64,000 nucleotides of DNA from an uncultured Verrucomicrobiae bacterium. Its GTDB lineage: Bacteria > Verrucomicrobiota > Verrucomicrobiia > Limisphaerales > Palsa-1400. Under the pieces are notes generated by a model that worked only from the letters and a program-made list of their open reading frames with translations, had not been told where the DNA came from and did not search any database. The stretch lies in NCBI GenBank assembly GCA_963707025.1, contig CAVPOM010000006.1:288001-352000 (forward strand), read 5' to 3'. A program made the translations under genes and the position numbers. This document shows, one piece after another, positions 1 through 9,726 of the stretch; position 1 is the first letter of the stretch; each line of letters starts with the position of its first letter.

Positions 1-394
1 CGGCTCGCGCGCCTTCATTCCCTCCGAGTCCGCCGGGGAATTGAGCGTGGCCGATTCAGTCAATCATAAATTACTCCGCACCGTCTCCCTCCCCAAGGGC
101 TTCCGGCCCATGTGCGTCAAGGTCGCTCCCGATGGACGCAAGGTTTATGTCAGCACCGGCCGGGCCGGCGCCATCTGCGTCCTGGATGCCGCCACCGCCG
201 CGGTGCTCAGCACCATCCCGGTCGGGGCGCGCCCTTGGGGCATTGCCCTCTCGCCCGACGGCCGCCGCCTCTACTCGGCCAACGGCCCTTCCGACGACGT
301 TTCGGTGGTGGACCTCGTGGCGGAAAAGGAAATGGCCCGCATCAAGTCCCCCGGCAGTCCCTGGGGCGTGGTCATCGTCCCGCCTTCGCGCTGA
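1..394 (+). CDS. YVTN/YncE-type beta-propeller protein, 5'-truncated by window edge
   Basis: Repeated blades 'IPVGARPWGIALSPDGRRLYSANGPSDDVSVVD'; frame open from the window start, stop at 394. Confidence 0.8.
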   Translation, partial: GSRAFIPSESAGELSVADSVNHKLLRTVSLPKGFRPMCVKVAPDGRKVYVSTGRAGAICVLDAATAAVLSTIPVGARPWGIALSPDGRRLYSANGPSDDVSVVDLVAEKEMARIKSPGSPWGVVIVPPSR

Positions 395-431
395 GGGCCG
401 GCCCGGGCGGCCTTGCTATTGGCGCCGCGGC

Positions 432-485
432 ATCCGTCGGATCGGTCGGATCGGTCGGATCGGTCGGATCGGTCGGACCGGTCGG
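432..485. repeat. 9-bp tandem array (ATCGGTCGG)x6 between convergent genes
   Basis: atccgtcgg, 4x atcggtcgg, accggtcgg read directly. Confidence 0.95.
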
Positions 486-486
486 C

Positions 487-1746
487 TTAGGCCGGTTCGC
501 CTGGCAAGCCCAGGCCCCTGACGACCCACTGCCCGTCAATCATGGAAACGGCCACCTCGCCGGCATGGTGGACCAGGGCCGCCGCGCACTCCGCGGCCGG
601 ACCGGTGTAGGCAATGGCCACCAGGTCCGCCCGGCTCCCCGGGGAGAGTTCCCCGGCGCGGCCCTGCCAGCCCAGGGCGCGGGCGCCGTTGCGGGTGGCC
701 ATTTGCACAATGGCCTCCGGCGCCACCGCCGGATGGGCGGCGGCAAACTGGCGCATTTCGGCAAAAAGATTCAACTCCGGCTTCGGCCGCCTGGAAGCCG
801 CCACGCTGGCCAGGCTGTCCGTGCCCAGACAGACATTGACGCCCGCGCCCGCCAGCGCCTCGTAGGCGAAGGGCTGATGTTGAAAGTAGGCGTGGCTGCG
901 CGGACAATGCACCACGCTGGCCCCGCTCCGGGCCAGGGCCTGGATGTCCGGCGCCGCCAGATAATTGGCGTGGATGGCCAGAAAATTTTCGCCCAGCAGC
1001 CCGCAACGCTCCACCTGCGCCAGGGGCGTGCCCAGGCCGCAATCGGACATCTCGCGCTGGTTGCTCAGCCAGTCAAACATGGCTCCGCGCCGGTGGGCGA
1101 ACATTTCAAATTCCTCCGCCGACTCGGCCACATGCATCGTCACCCGCCAGTTTTTCCGGCGGGCCAGCCGGGCCGCCTCCTCCAGCAGCGGCGCGGTGGT
1201 GGAATAGAGCGCGTGGGGCGAAAGTCCGGCCAGGCCGCGCGGCGCTTCCAGGCTGTCAATTTTCGCCGCCGCCTCCCCCAGAATTTCCCCCGGGGCGCGC
1301 CGGCTTTTCACCCCCGTGACTTCCAGAAACGAGGCCACGCGCAAGGGCGTGCCGGACCACACTTCCGGCAGCAACTCCGGCACCGCTTCGATGTCCGCCA
1401 CCGTCGTGCTCCCTGTCCGCGCCAGCATGGCCGCGCCCGCCAGCCAGGCGTGGGCGTAATCGGTGTAACTGGCCTGCGCTTTGAGCGCGAGCAGGGACTT
1501 GATCCAGTCCGGGAATTGCCGCGGCGCCGGCAGGCCGGTCATCCCGGTGTAATCCAAGTGGCAATGGGCGTTGATCAAACCGGGCAGCAAAATGGCCGCG
1601 CCCAGATCCACCGGAGGTTCCGCCGCGTGCGCTTTGATTTCCGGCCACGAACCCACCGCCGCGATCCGTTTGCCGGAAAGCAGCACCGCCCCGTCGGCAA
1701 TGGCCGGGCGGCCCACCGGCCACACGATGCGGGCGCGCAGAATCAC
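487..1746 (-). CDS. Metal-dependent amidohydrolase (aminodeoxyfutalosine/SAH deaminase-like)
   Basis: PGLINAHCHLD, PHALYS, HVAES, HCPRS, LGTDS motifs. Confidence 0.88.
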   Translation of the reverse strand: MILRARIVWPVGRPAIADGAVLLSGKRIAAVGSWPEIKAHAAEPPVDLGAAILLPGLINAHCHLDYTGMTGLPAPRQFPDWIKSLLALKAQASYTDYAHAWLAGAAMLARTGSTTVADIEAVPELLPEVWSGTPLRVASFLEVTGVKSRRAPGEILGEAAAKIDSLEAPRGLAGLSPHALYSTTAPLLEEAARLARRKNWRVTMHVAESAEEFEMFAHRRGAMFDWLSNQREMSDCGLGTPLAQVERCGLLGENFLAIHANYLAAPDIQALARSGASVVHCPRSHAYFQHQPFAYEALAGAGVNVCLGTDSLASVAASRRPKPELNLFAEMRQFAAAHPAVAPEAIVQMATRNGARALGWQGRAGELSPGSRADLVAIAYTGPAAECAAALVHHAGEVAVSMIDGQWVVRGLGLPGEPA

Positions 1747-2103
1747 TCAAGTCGCTTCCGCCGCCTGGCGTCTGGCCTTGCCGCGGGAGCCGAGGGTGTG
1801 TTTGCGGGCTTTATATTTATTATGCCGCTTGCGCAACTGCTGCTCCATTTTCTTGGTCACCAGGTCAATGGCGGTGTAGAGATCGCTCTGGCAATCCTCG
1901 GCAAACAGGTCGGGCCCGGGAACGGAAAGCCGCAGCGAACAGGTAAACCGCCGTTCCGGCACTTTCAGATGGTCATGTTCCACCGAAACCCGGGCGCTGG
2001 TGGCGTAGTGGTCCAGGTGTTCCAGCTTTTCAATTCGGGTCAGGATATGATCTTCAATCGCTTTGGTGAGAGTGACGTTGTGCGTCGAGAGAATGAACTT
2101 CAT
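1747..2103 (-). CDS. hpf: Ribosome hibernation promoting factor / RaiA
   Basis: 'HNVTLTKAIEDHI..KLE', 'DLYTAIDLVTKKMEQQLRK'. Confidence 0.9.
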   Translation of the reverse strand: MKFILSTHNVTLTKAIEDHILTRIEKLEHLDHYATSARVSVEHDHLKVPERRFTCSLRLSVPGPDLFAEDCQSDLYTAIDLVTKKMEQQLRKRHNKYKARKHTLGSRGKARRQAAEAT

Positions 2104-2312
2104 GCCCTTAACTTGCCCCGATTCGCCAAAAAATCCAGCAAAACTGTTTTTTCCCTCTCCACCGTGCCCGGGCCGGAGCGCCTTTTACCACGGCCTGCCG
2201 GGACTCCGTCCAGCGGTGTTGTTTCCAGCGCGCGGGTTTGAAATGTCCGGGCGCAGCGCCCTTCACGGCCGAAGCAGGTGGAGCCAGCGCGGCCGGGATA
2301 AGAATGCCCCCG

Positions 2313-2738
2313 TCAATTGAGTTGGCCGAATTCCGCCAAAGACGACTGCGCCAGGTTCCCCTCCACTGCGTTGAGGAGCTCCTCCAGGAGCACGCGCAGC
2401 GCCGCAAAATCCAGAGGCTTGCGGATGACCGCATCCACCGGATTATCCGGGCTGGCGCTGTGGCCAAAGCCGGTCATCATCAGAATCGGCTGCCGCGGCG
2501 CCATCCGGCGGATGCGGGCGGCCAGTTCATTGCCTTTCAGGAAAGGCATTTCATAATCGGTCATCACCAGGTCAAAGTGCCCCCGCGCAAACAGACCCAG
2601 CGCTTCGGCCCCATTATTGGCCTCCACCACCCGGTAGCCGATCTGCACGAGCAAAAGCCGCACCGTGTCGCGCAAAAAGCCTTCATCATCCACCAGCAAA
2701 ATGCGCTTCACAACTGGCGCGTCTCGTTTTGTATTCAT
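2313..2738 (-). CDS. Single-domain response regulator
   Basis: ILLVDDE, DLVMTDYEMP, MMTG, KP receiver motifs. Confidence 0.9.
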   Translation of the reverse strand: MNTKRDAPVVKRILLVDDEGFLRDTVRLLLVQIGYRVVEANNGAEALGLFARGHFDLVMTDYEMPFLKGNELAARIRRMAPRQPILMMTGFGHSASPDNPVDAVIRKPLDFAALRVLLEELLNAVEGNLAQSSLAEFGQLN

Positions 2739-2754
2739 TTGTCAGCAATGCAAA

Positions 2755-2770
2755 AGCAAAATCCCTGCCA
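2755..2770 (-). promoter_or_regulatory. Putative sigma-54 promoter of the response regulator
   Basis: Minus strand TGGCAGGGATTTTGCT, GG-N10-GC spacing, just upstream of the start at 2738. Confidence 0.6.
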
Positions 2771-2804
2771 TCTCGCTTTTGAGAATCCCACCCCCCTGCG
2801 GCGC

Positions 2805-2889
2805 TTCTTAATCCTGATCGGCATCCTTGATTTTAAGAATGCCGCATGGACCAAGGAGCTTAAGATTACGATTAAGATTAAGATCAGGA
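2805..2889. repeat. Inverted hexamer arrays (TTAATC)n...(GATTAA)n
   Basis: ttcttaatcctgatc then taagattacgattaagattaagatcagga. Confidence 0.75.
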
Positions 2890-2937
2890 GCGGATGCTCA
2901 GAAAGCGGCATGCGCCTCCTTCCTCTCCCCTGCGCAA

Positions 2938-2975
2938 TTCGTCCTTCATAATTGACCCTTCCTGCTTCATACTTC
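2938..2975. repeat. Degenerate heptamer array (TTCnnnn) before parA
   Basis: ttcgtcc ttcataa ttgaccc ttcctgc ttcatac ttc. Confidence 0.55.
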
Positions 2976-2979
2976 TGCC

Positions 2980-3765
2980 GTGCCGACCAAAATCATCTCC
3001 GTGGCCAACCAAAAAGGTGGCGTGGGCAAGACGACCACGACCATCAACCTGGCCGCCTGCCTGGCCGCGGTCGGCCGCCGCGTTCTCCTGGTGGATTTGG
3101 ACCCCCAGGCCAACGCCACCAGCGGCCTCGGCCTGGAAAAACTCGAAGGCGCCAGCGCCTACCGGCCCCTCCTCGGCGAAGGCGCGCTCCTGGAGAAAAT
3201 CAAACCCACCGCCTTCGACCGCCTCAGCGTCGTGCCCAGCGAGGTGGACCTGTGCGGCGCGGAAATTGAAATCGCCCGGGCCGAAAACCATCTCCAGCGC
3301 CTGTCCCTCCTCCTCCAGCCGCTGGCCCGGATGGGCCGCTTTGATTTTATTATGATTGACTGCCCTCCCTCCCTGGGCATCCTCACCCTCAACGCCTTTG
3401 CCGCCTCCGACCATCTCATCGTCCCCCTGCAATGCGAGTACTACGCCCTGGAAGGCATCTCCACCAGCCACCGCGTCCTCAGCCAGGTGCGGGACAACGG
3501 CATCAACCCCCGCCTCAACCTCCTGGGCATCCTCATGACCATGTTCGACAGCCGCACCCGCCTTTCCGCCCAGATCGTCGGCGAGGTCCGCGACCATTTC
3601 GGCCCCACCGTCTTTGACACCGTCATCCCCCGCAGCACCCGGCTGGCCGAGGCCCCCAGCTTCGGCAAACCGATTATTTACTACGATCCCTACAACGCCG
3701 GCGCCGCCGCCTACGAAGTTCTGACCCGGGAGCTCCTCCAGCGCCTCGGCGAAAAAGACCATTGA
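2980..3765 (+). CDS. parA: ParA/Soj family ATPase
   Basis: NQKGGVGKTTT, DLDPQAN, IDCPPSLG, PLQCEYYALEG, LAEAPSFG. Confidence 0.95.
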   Translation: MPTKIISVANQKGGVGKTTTTINLAACLAAVGRRVLLVDLDPQANATSGLGLEKLEGASAYRPLLGEGALLEKIKPTAFDRLSVVPSEVDLCGAEIEIARAENHLQRLSLLLQPLARMGRFDFIMIDCPPSLGILTLNAFAASDHLIVPLQCEYYALEGISTSHRVLSQVRDNGINPRLNLLGILMTMFDSRTRLSAQIVGEVRDHFGPTVFDTVIPRSTRLAEAPSFGKPIIYYDPYNAGAAAYEVLTRELLQRLGEKDH

Positions 3766-3844
3766 AAACAATTCCGTATTCGGTCCTCCCCGGCGAAAAG
3801 AATTGTCTTTGGCAGAGGCCGCCGGTGGGTTAGTATAAATCAAG

Positions 3845-4063
3845 ATGAAAACGGTCGAAGCGATCATTGAACCGGACGGCGAGGTGCGGCTGGTTGAGCC
3901 GGTGCGAGTGTCCTCACCACGACGCGCCCTGGTGACGATCCTTGATGAAGCGCCGATCATCCATGAGGCTGCGCTGTTGAGCGAGGCCGCGCTGGCCGAG
4001 GATTGGAATCGCGCAGAGGAGGATGCAGCATGGGCGCATTTGCAGCCGGGCAAGTCGTCATAG
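3845..4063 (+). CDS. Putative antitoxin upstream of MazF
   Basis: Small acidic ORF ending 'SEAALAEDWNRAEEDAAW', overlapping the toxin start. Confidence 0.7.
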   Translation: MKTVEAIIEPDGEVRLVEPVRVSSPRRALVTILDEAPIIHEAALLSEAALAEDWNRAEEDAAWAHLQPGKSS

Positions 4064-4365
4064 TCCGCTTCCCTTTTTCGGATCTCAGCGACTCGAAACT
4101 GCGCCCGGCAGTGGTGCTGGCTGACGCCGGGCGGGGTGATTGGATTCTGTGCCAGATCACGAGCAAACCTTACGGCGATTCCCGCGCCGTTGCGTTGAGT
4201 GACGCTGACTTCGCAAGCGGCGCGCTTCACCTTGCGAGTCATGCCCGCCCCGGCAAACTTTTCACCGCCCACGCCAGCCTTGTTGCCAGCCAAGCCGGCG
4301 CGTTGCGAACAGAAAAATATCTCGCCATTCGGGATGCAGTCGTGCGGATGATTCAAAAAAGTTGA
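4030..4365 (+). CDS. mazF: PemK/MazF family toxin
   Basis: 'GQVVIVRFPFSDLSDSKLRPAVVL...ILCQITS'. Confidence 0.88.
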   Translation: MGAFAAGQVVIVRFPFSDLSDSKLRPAVVLADAGRGDWILCQITSKPYGDSRAVALSDADFASGALHLASHARPGKLFTAHASLVASQAGALRTEKYLAIRDAVVRMIQKS

Positions 4366-4383
4366 CCAACCAGGCGTCCCCGT

Positions 4384-4432
4384 CTGCGAAGTCCTGACCC
4401 GCGAACTCCTCCACCGCCTCGGCGAAAAATAG
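4384..4432 (+). repeat. Second copy of the parA 3' end (direct repeat of 3711-3756)
   Basis: 41/46 nt identical by manual alignment; reads CEVLTRELLHRLGEK then TAG. Confidence 0.9.
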
Positions 4433-4444
4433 AATTCAACTTCC

Positions 4445-4469
4445 TGTAGCGGCGGTCTATGACCGTCGC
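4445..4469 (+). repeat. REP-like palindrome family A (TGTAGCGGCGGTCTnnGACCGnCGC)
   Basis: GTAG tetranucleotide plus hairpin; further copies at 13899, 24608, 24674, 60396/60441. Confidence 0.85.
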
Positions 4470-4549
4470 AAATTGCAGATGCCCTGCCATACGGGTGGCA
4501 CGGGCGACCCGCCCGTACCGCCGGGCCACTGGCCCGGCGGAAGCCTCAG

Positions 4550-5008
4550 TCAATCAGAGGTCCAATTGCCGATGGTATTAGTGCCGCCTTGTCCGTCTTT
4601 TCCCTTGGAGTAGAGATCGTAACTGGCCGGGTTGTGTTTGCCCGGAATTTCATAAACATAAGCCTGTCCCCAGGGGTCGAGTGGAACTCTGTCCTTTTGC
4701 AAATAGGGGCCTTTCCAAGTGCCCTGCACATCGCGCGGCTTTATTATTAATGCCTGCAAACCGTCGCCGCCGCTGGGGAGATGCCCGCTGTCCACTTCAA
4801 ACATGGAGAGCGCGGTCACGAGATGGGAAATCTCCACTTTGGCCGCGGTTCTGTCAGCATCACCGCGACGCCCGATGAGACTTGGAAGCACGATGCCGGC
4901 CAGAATCGCCAGAATGGTCAAGACCAGCAACAGTTCCACCAGGGTGAAGCCGGGCCGGAGCCATGAGTTCATCCGGCCTGTTTTTGATTTGATGTTTTTC
5001 ACGTTCAT
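4550..5008 (-). CDS. gspG: Type II secretion major pseudopilin GspG
   Basis: GFTLVELL N-methylation motif; WKGPYL, DPWGQAYVY, DLYSKGKDG. Confidence 0.9.
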   Translation of the reverse strand: MNVKNIKSKTGRMNSWLRPGFTLVELLLVLTILAILAGIVLPSLIGRRGDADRTAAKVEISHLVTALSMFEVDSGHLPSGGDGLQALIIKPRDVQGTWKGPYLQKDRVPLDPWGQAYVYEIPGKHNPASYDLYSKGKDGQGGTNTIGNWTSD

Positions 5009-5072
5009 AAAATCAACATTCGGTTGTTTATTTGACCGCTTTTTACCACAGGCTAATACTGGATGCCGTTAC

Positions 5073-5088
5073 CGCATTTAGCATGCCA
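5073..5088 (-). promoter_or_regulatory. Putative sigma-54 promoter of gspG
   Basis: Minus strand TGGCATGCTAAATGCG, GG-N10-GC. Confidence 0.55.
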
Positions 5089-5410
5089 ACCGGGCAAAAG
5101 GCCATTTTGCCGGCAAACACCGTGCTCTTGACTGAACGCATCAACCTAAAAGCGCAAAGCTTGCGCAAGGTTGCGCAAAGAATGCGCGCCGGTTCCCGCG
5201 CCCCAGCCGTTGCTCAATCCAGTGCGCCTGGGCCAATCTGTTGTCAGCGGGCCAAGACGCCTGTTTCTTTAACACCCGGCCACCGAGTCACCGCCGGCAG
5301 CCTTGGGCGGCGGCGGAGGCCGGCCAGCCGGGGTCCACAGGCCGGGATTGGGGGTTGAACTTGCGGATTGTAATGAGGCGGCCCCGGACACTATTTTACC
5401 GGGATTCTTT

Positions 5411-6127
5411 ATGGCCAAACAAGTTGCCGAAATGCCGGTGGAAAAAGCCACCATGGAATTGCCGGACACCAAAACCCTCCGCCTGCAATGGCCCCAGGGC
5501 TACGACCCGGAGTTCAAGACCGGCCAGTTCATCACCCTGTTCTTCGCCGACAGCCCCGCCTACAAACGCGCCTACTCCCTTTCCTCCTGCGCCCTGGACC
5601 GCGGCTTCTACGAAGTCACCATTAAGCGCGACGGCAAAATGGGCACCCGCATCGTGGACTGGGTCCAGCCCGGCGACAAACTGTGGGTCATCCCTCCGAC
5701 GGGCCGCTTCCTCCCCGTGCTGGAGCCGGACAAACACCTCATCTGCATCGCCGGCGGCTCCGGCGTGACCCCCTTTCGCGGCTTTGTGCGCGAGGCCACC
5801 CGCCGCGGCCTGGCCACCCGAATTACCATCCTTTACAGCGTCCGGACGCCCAACGACATCATCTTCCACCAAGAATTCCGCCAACTCGAACAAGACAACC
5901 CCCATTTCAAATTCCTGGTCACCTGCACCCGTCTTGCGGCGGAGGATCCCTGGCCGGGCCGCCGGGGCCGCATCGAAGCCGCCTGGGTGCGCCAGCACAT
6001 CGGCGAACTGCACCACACCGTCTTTTACGCCTGCGGCCCCAACGCCCTGGTGGACGCCACCGAGCACCTGGTGACCGGGGATCTGAACGTCCCCAAAGAG
6101 CAGATGAAAGTCGAAAAGTGGGGGTGA
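5411..6127 (+). CDS. FAD/NAD(P)-binding oxidoreductase (ferredoxin reductase-like)
   Basis: FKTGQF, RAYSLSS, IAGGSGVTPF, YACGP motifs. Confidence 0.9.
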   Translation: MAKQVAEMPVEKATMELPDTKTLRLQWPQGYDPEFKTGQFITLFFADSPAYKRAYSLSSCALDRGFYEVTIKRDGKMGTRIVDWVQPGDKLWVIPPTGRFLPVLEPDKHLICIAGGSGVTPFRGFVREATRRGLATRITILYSVRTPNDIIFHQEFRQLEQDNPHFKFLVTCTRLAAEDPWPGRRGRIEAAWVRQHIGELHHTVFYACGPNALVDATEHLVTGDLNVPKEQMKVEKWG

Positions 6128-6237
6128 GGCGGGAAGGCGGATTTCATCCTCCATTTTTCTTCAGCCGCCGCGCGGATTTTTATGGCGGCCCGGAGGCCAA
6201 ACCATATATAGTCGCACCACGACGACATTGGGAACTT

Positions 6238-7365
6238 ATGCTTAAGCGAACGCCACTCTTCGCCGCCCACCAAAAACTGGGCGCCCGCCTGATTGATTTC
6301 GGCGGCTGGGAAATGCCCCTGCACTACTCCGGCATCCTCGATGAACACCAGGCCGTGCGCACCGCCGCCGGACTGTTCGATATTTCCCACATGGGCCAAA
6401 TCGTCGTGCGCGGCAGCGCCGCCCCGGAATTCCTCAACGGCGTCCTGACCAACGACATCCGCAAACTGCAAAACCGCCAGGGCCAATACACCCTGATGTG
6501 CAATGAGCGCGGCGGCGCGATTGACGACCTTTACGTCTATCAGGTCGAGGCCGAAGAATTCCTCCTCATCGTCAACGCCTCCCGCATCAGCGCCGACGCC
6601 GCCTGGCTCAACCAGCAACTGAGCGCCTTTCCCCGGCGCGCCGCCGTGGATTTGAAGAATCTCTCCGCCGACTTCGGCGCGCTCGCCCTGCAAGGCCCCA
6701 AAGCGGCCCAATTCATTGACGCTTGCTTTGCCTCGCCCTCCCACCCGAGCCTGGCGGCCACGCTGCGCAAAAATGACATCGCCCGCCGCGAGTTTCTCGG
6801 CCGGTCCATCTTCATTTCCCGCACCGGCTACACCGGGGAGGACGGTTTTGAAATGGTCGCGCCCGCCGAAATCGCTGACGCCCTTTGGAACAAAGTCCTG
6901 GAAGCGGGCGCCCCGTTCGGTTTGAAACCCGCCGGACTGGGCGCGCGCGACACCTTGCGCACCGAAGTCTGTTACCCGCTCTACGGCCATGAACTGGACG
7001 AAAACACCACTCCTCTGGAGGCCGGTTTGGGCGTATTTGTCGCGCTGGGCAAAGGCGAGTTTACGGGCCGGTCAGTCCTGGCCGGGCAAAAGGCCCGCGG
7101 CACCACTAAAAAACTGGTCGCCTTCAAATCCGCCGAAAAATCCGCCCCGCCCCGCCCCCATTATCCCATCTGGAGCGCGGGCCCGGACCGGCGGCCCATC
7201 GGCCACGTCACCAGCGGCACCCAAAGCCCTTCGCTGGGGATTGGCATTGGCATGGGCTATGTTCCGCCGGAAATGGCCGCCGCCAACAGCCCCATTGCCA
7301 TTGAAATCCGGGGCAAACACGCTCCGGCCACCATCGTGCCCAAGCCCCTTTACCGCAAAGGCTGA
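6238..7365 (+). CDS. gcvT: Glycine cleavage system aminomethyltransferase T
   Basis: LKRTPL, FGGWEMPLHY, FDISHMG, RTGYTGEDGFE, GLGARDTLR. Confidence 0.95.
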   Translation: MLKRTPLFAAHQKLGARLIDFGGWEMPLHYSGILDEHQAVRTAAGLFDISHMGQIVVRGSAAPEFLNGVLTNDIRKLQNRQGQYTLMCNERGGAIDDLYVYQVEAEEFLLIVNASRISADAAWLNQQLSAFPRRAAVDLKNLSADFGALALQGPKAAQFIDACFASPSHPSLAATLRKNDIARREFLGRSIFISRTGYTGEDGFEMVAPAEIADALWNKVLEAGAPFGLKPAGLGARDTLRTEVCYPLYGHELDENTTPLEAGLGVFVALGKGEFTGRSVLAGQKARGTTKKLVAFKSAEKSAPPRPHYPIWSAGPDRRPIGHVTSGTQSPSLGIGIGMGYVPPEMAAANSPIAIEIRGKHAPATIVPKPLYRKG

Positions 7366-7416
7366 AAAACCCCCTGGCCCGGCCCGCCCCCTTCCCCCAA
7401 CTGTCAACACTAATTT

Positions 7417-7803
7417 ATGAGCTCCCCAATTCCCCCCGGCGTCCTCCACGCCAAAACTCACGAATGGGTCCGCCTCCGCGACGGCGTGGCCACCATCGGC
7501 ATTAGCGACCATGCCCAGCACGAACTGACCAACGTGGTCTTTGTGGAATTGCCCGAGGTGGGCCGTTCCCTCCAGGCCGGCGCGGCCTGCGCCGTGGTCG
7601 AATCGGTCAAAACCGCCAGCGACATTTATTCCCCCGTCAGCGGAGAAGTCACCGCCGTCAACCAGCAGCTCGTCCAGCATCCCGAACTGGTCAACACCGA
7701 TCCCTACGGGGCCGGCTGGTTTTTCCAGGTCAAACTCTCCCGGCCCGCCGAACTGGAGGCCCTGCTCGCCCCCGCCGATTATGGCCGGGAAATCGGGGCC
7801 TGA
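7417..7803 (+). CDS. gcvH: Glycine cleavage system H protein
   Basis: HEWVR, VESVKTASDIYSP lipoyl motif, NTDPYGAGW. Confidence 0.95.
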   Translation: MSSPIPPGVLHAKTHEWVRLRDGVATIGISDHAQHELTNVVFVELPEVGRSLQAGAACAVVESVKTASDIYSPVSGEVTAVNQQLVQHPELVNTDPYGAGWFFQVKLSRPAELEALLAPADYGREIGA

Positions 7804-7808
7804 GGTTT

Positions 7809-9425
7809 CTACGGCACCACCGCCTGGAAAAAACTCGTGTCCCCCGGCGCCGGCACGGTGATGGCGCGAACGGGAACGGTGTCATAATTGGTGGCGATGG
7901 GTGTCCAGTTGACCAGGTCTGGGGAAGACTCAATGACGTAGGTCACGTTGCCCTGGCCCTGCAAAGTGAACCCGAATTGGCTGGCGGGCGCGACGGGGGC
8001 GGCGGGCGCGCTCAACCAAGGGGGGGTCAAGCTGTCATAAACCTGGATGATGGCCACGGCGGTGGTGGTCGCCTGATTGGCCCCCGGCGGCGAATAAGCG
8101 CGCCAGACCGAGGCGTTCAAATCTGTCGCATATAAATTTCCCGCCCGGTCCCAGGCCACATCCAGGAAGGCGTCATTGGTCAAGGCGTCGTTGGTGCCCG
8201 CTCGCAGCCGGGTCACCAGCGCGCCATGCGCCGCCTCATAAATGTTGACCGCGCCGTTTTGCAGGTCGAGCACGTTCTGGCTGCCGTAGCCCTCCACCGC
8301 CACTGCCACCCAGCGGCCCGTCGGATCCACCGCGACGCCGGCGGCGTTTTCCAGCGAGTAATCTGGCGAACCAACGCTCCAATTGGTGGTCAGGTCCGGC
8401 TGGCCGCAGTAGGGCGGGAAACAAAAAAGGCGCGGCATCTGGTAAAAATCCCCGGGATCCCTGAATCCATCCAGGCATTGAATGGCATAGATCGTGCCGC
8501 TGGCGTCCACCGACACACCGTAGGCGCAGAGGTTCAAGCCGGTGTTGCTGATGCCCACCACCACCGTGCCAGTATCGCTTGCCGCCACCGCGCCGTCGGC
8601 GGTCACATCCCACCGCACCACCCCCGCGCTCGGACCGTTGGTGTTGGCGTCCGCCATCCAAATCTGCGTCTTGGCGCCGCCACCGGTGACACAGGGGCCG
8701 CTCAACAGCGCGCTCGAATTCGGGTAATTGCCGGAATTCAGAGCGGTCAGGTAATTGGTCGAGAGGACTTCATCAAAAGCCAGGACGCGCCCGCCGGCGC
8801 TCCAGTCATTGATATAAACGGTGTCATCCTGCGCAATGGCAATCTTCCACGGACTGAAAAGGTTGCCAGCCCAAGGATAACTCTGGCTGAATCCTCCCTC
8901 GTCGCCGGGACTGCCATCGGCGTTGAATTTACAAATGCCGGCGCCGGACGGCGGGGCATTGCCCACGAAGACCCGGCCGTAATATGGGCTGTTGGTGTTC
9001 TGGTTGACCGCGATGCCGGTCGGATCGAGCACAAAAAAATTCGCGCTGTCATCGGTGATGTTGGTCCAGGCCGCGTGGCCCGCCGCCGCCGCCGTGATGC
9101 TGATTTGATAAATTCCCGCGGCGACGTTTTGGCCCGCCTGGTTGGTGCCGCCCCAGACCAGGCCATTGCTCCCGGCGTTGGTGCCCGGCAGGCTGTTGGT
9201 CCAGACGACGGTGGCGCCGCAATAAATCTGCGCCAACACGTTGCTGGCCGGTTCGTTGAGGATGTAACTGATCTGCACCGCGCCGGCCGGGAGCATCGCG
9301 ACATTGTTGGTGGAACCGTTGAGTTTGATGTCGGTGGCATACACATTGGCCCACCCGGAAAGCCCCCCGCAAAGCAGCAGCAGCGCCACCCCCAATTGGC
9401 ACCAGTTGCGGCGGTCAGTTTTCAT
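7809..9425 (-). CDS. Secreted protein: FlgD-like N-terminal Ig domain, NHL/beta-propeller, conserved C-terminal beta domain
   Basis: Signal-peptide-like start; 'LVWGGTNQAGQNVAAGIY'; PTGIAV/AGVAVD blades; C-terminal 'YVIESSPDLVNW'. Confidence 0.75.
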   Translation of the reverse strand: MKTDRRNWCQLGVALLLLCGGLSGWANVYATDIKLNGSTNNVAMLPAGAVQISYILNEPASNVLAQIYCGATVVWTNSLPGTNAGSNGLVWGGTNQAGQNVAAGIYQISITAAAAGHAAWTNITDDSANFFVLDPTGIAVNQNTNSPYYGRVFVGNAPPSGAGICKFNADGSPGDEGGFSQSYPWAGNLFSPWKIAIAQDDTVYINDWSAGGRVLAFDEVLSTNYLTALNSGNYPNSSALLSGPCVTGGGAKTQIWMADANTNGPSAGVVRWDVTADGAVAASDTGTVVVGISNTGLNLCAYGVSVDASGTIYAIQCLDGFRDPGDFYQMPRLFCFPPYCGQPDLTTNWSVGSPDYSLENAAGVAVDPTGRWVAVAVEGYGSQNVLDLQNGAVNIYEAAHGALVTRLRAGTNDALTNDAFLDVAWDRAGNLYATDLNASVWRAYSPPGANQATTTAVAIIQVYDSLTPPWLSAPAAPVAPASQFGFTLQGQGNVTYVIESSPDLVNWTPIATNYDTVPVRAITVPAPGDTSFFQAVVP

Positions 9426-9564
9426 CTGGCAATAATGCATTTCCCAACCACTCCATTTTAAAGATTTGGGCCCGCGCCTTCAAGCGCCACCCCCTCCTTA
9501 CCCTTCTGTTATCATATCATATCCTAAAAACAAGTCCTTGACAGTTTAAAAATCATATATCAAT

Positions 9565-9584
9565 ATATCCGCATTCGTTGATAT
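9565..9584. promoter_or_regulatory. Candidate SahR/SamR-like operator downstream of a TTGACA at 9538
   Basis: ATATCCG-N6-TTGATAT, 20-bp imperfect palindrome just before the riboswitch. Confidence 0.4.
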
Positions 9585-9591
9585 AGCGATA

Positions 9592-9726
9592 CTCATATCG
9601 AGTGGTGGAGGGACTGGCCCGATGAAACCACGGCAACCGGCGGCAGATGCGTTTTGCCGCGCCAGGTGCCAATTCCAGCCCGCGCGCAGCCGGCGGTTCT
9701 TGCCGGTGTGGCCGGGAAAAGATGAG
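9592..9726 (+). ncRNA. SAM-I (S-box) riboswitch
   Basis: ATC-GAG-tggtGGAGGGACTGGCCCGATGAAACCacGGCAAC...GGTGCCAATTCC...AAAGATGAG; an alternative hairpin TGAGAAGAG/CTCTTCTCA (9723-9748) overlaps P1. Confidence 0.93.

Noticed and set aside
112..2241. Long alternative and antisense ORFs (this one, 2884-4356, 39114-41657, 42821-45451 and similar)
   Set aside because: Shadow frames of real genes in high-GC DNA with no recognisable motifs
3711..4429. parA end duplication as a DGR TR/VR pair
   Set aside because: Mismatches are not adenine-specific; they are mostly third-position changes
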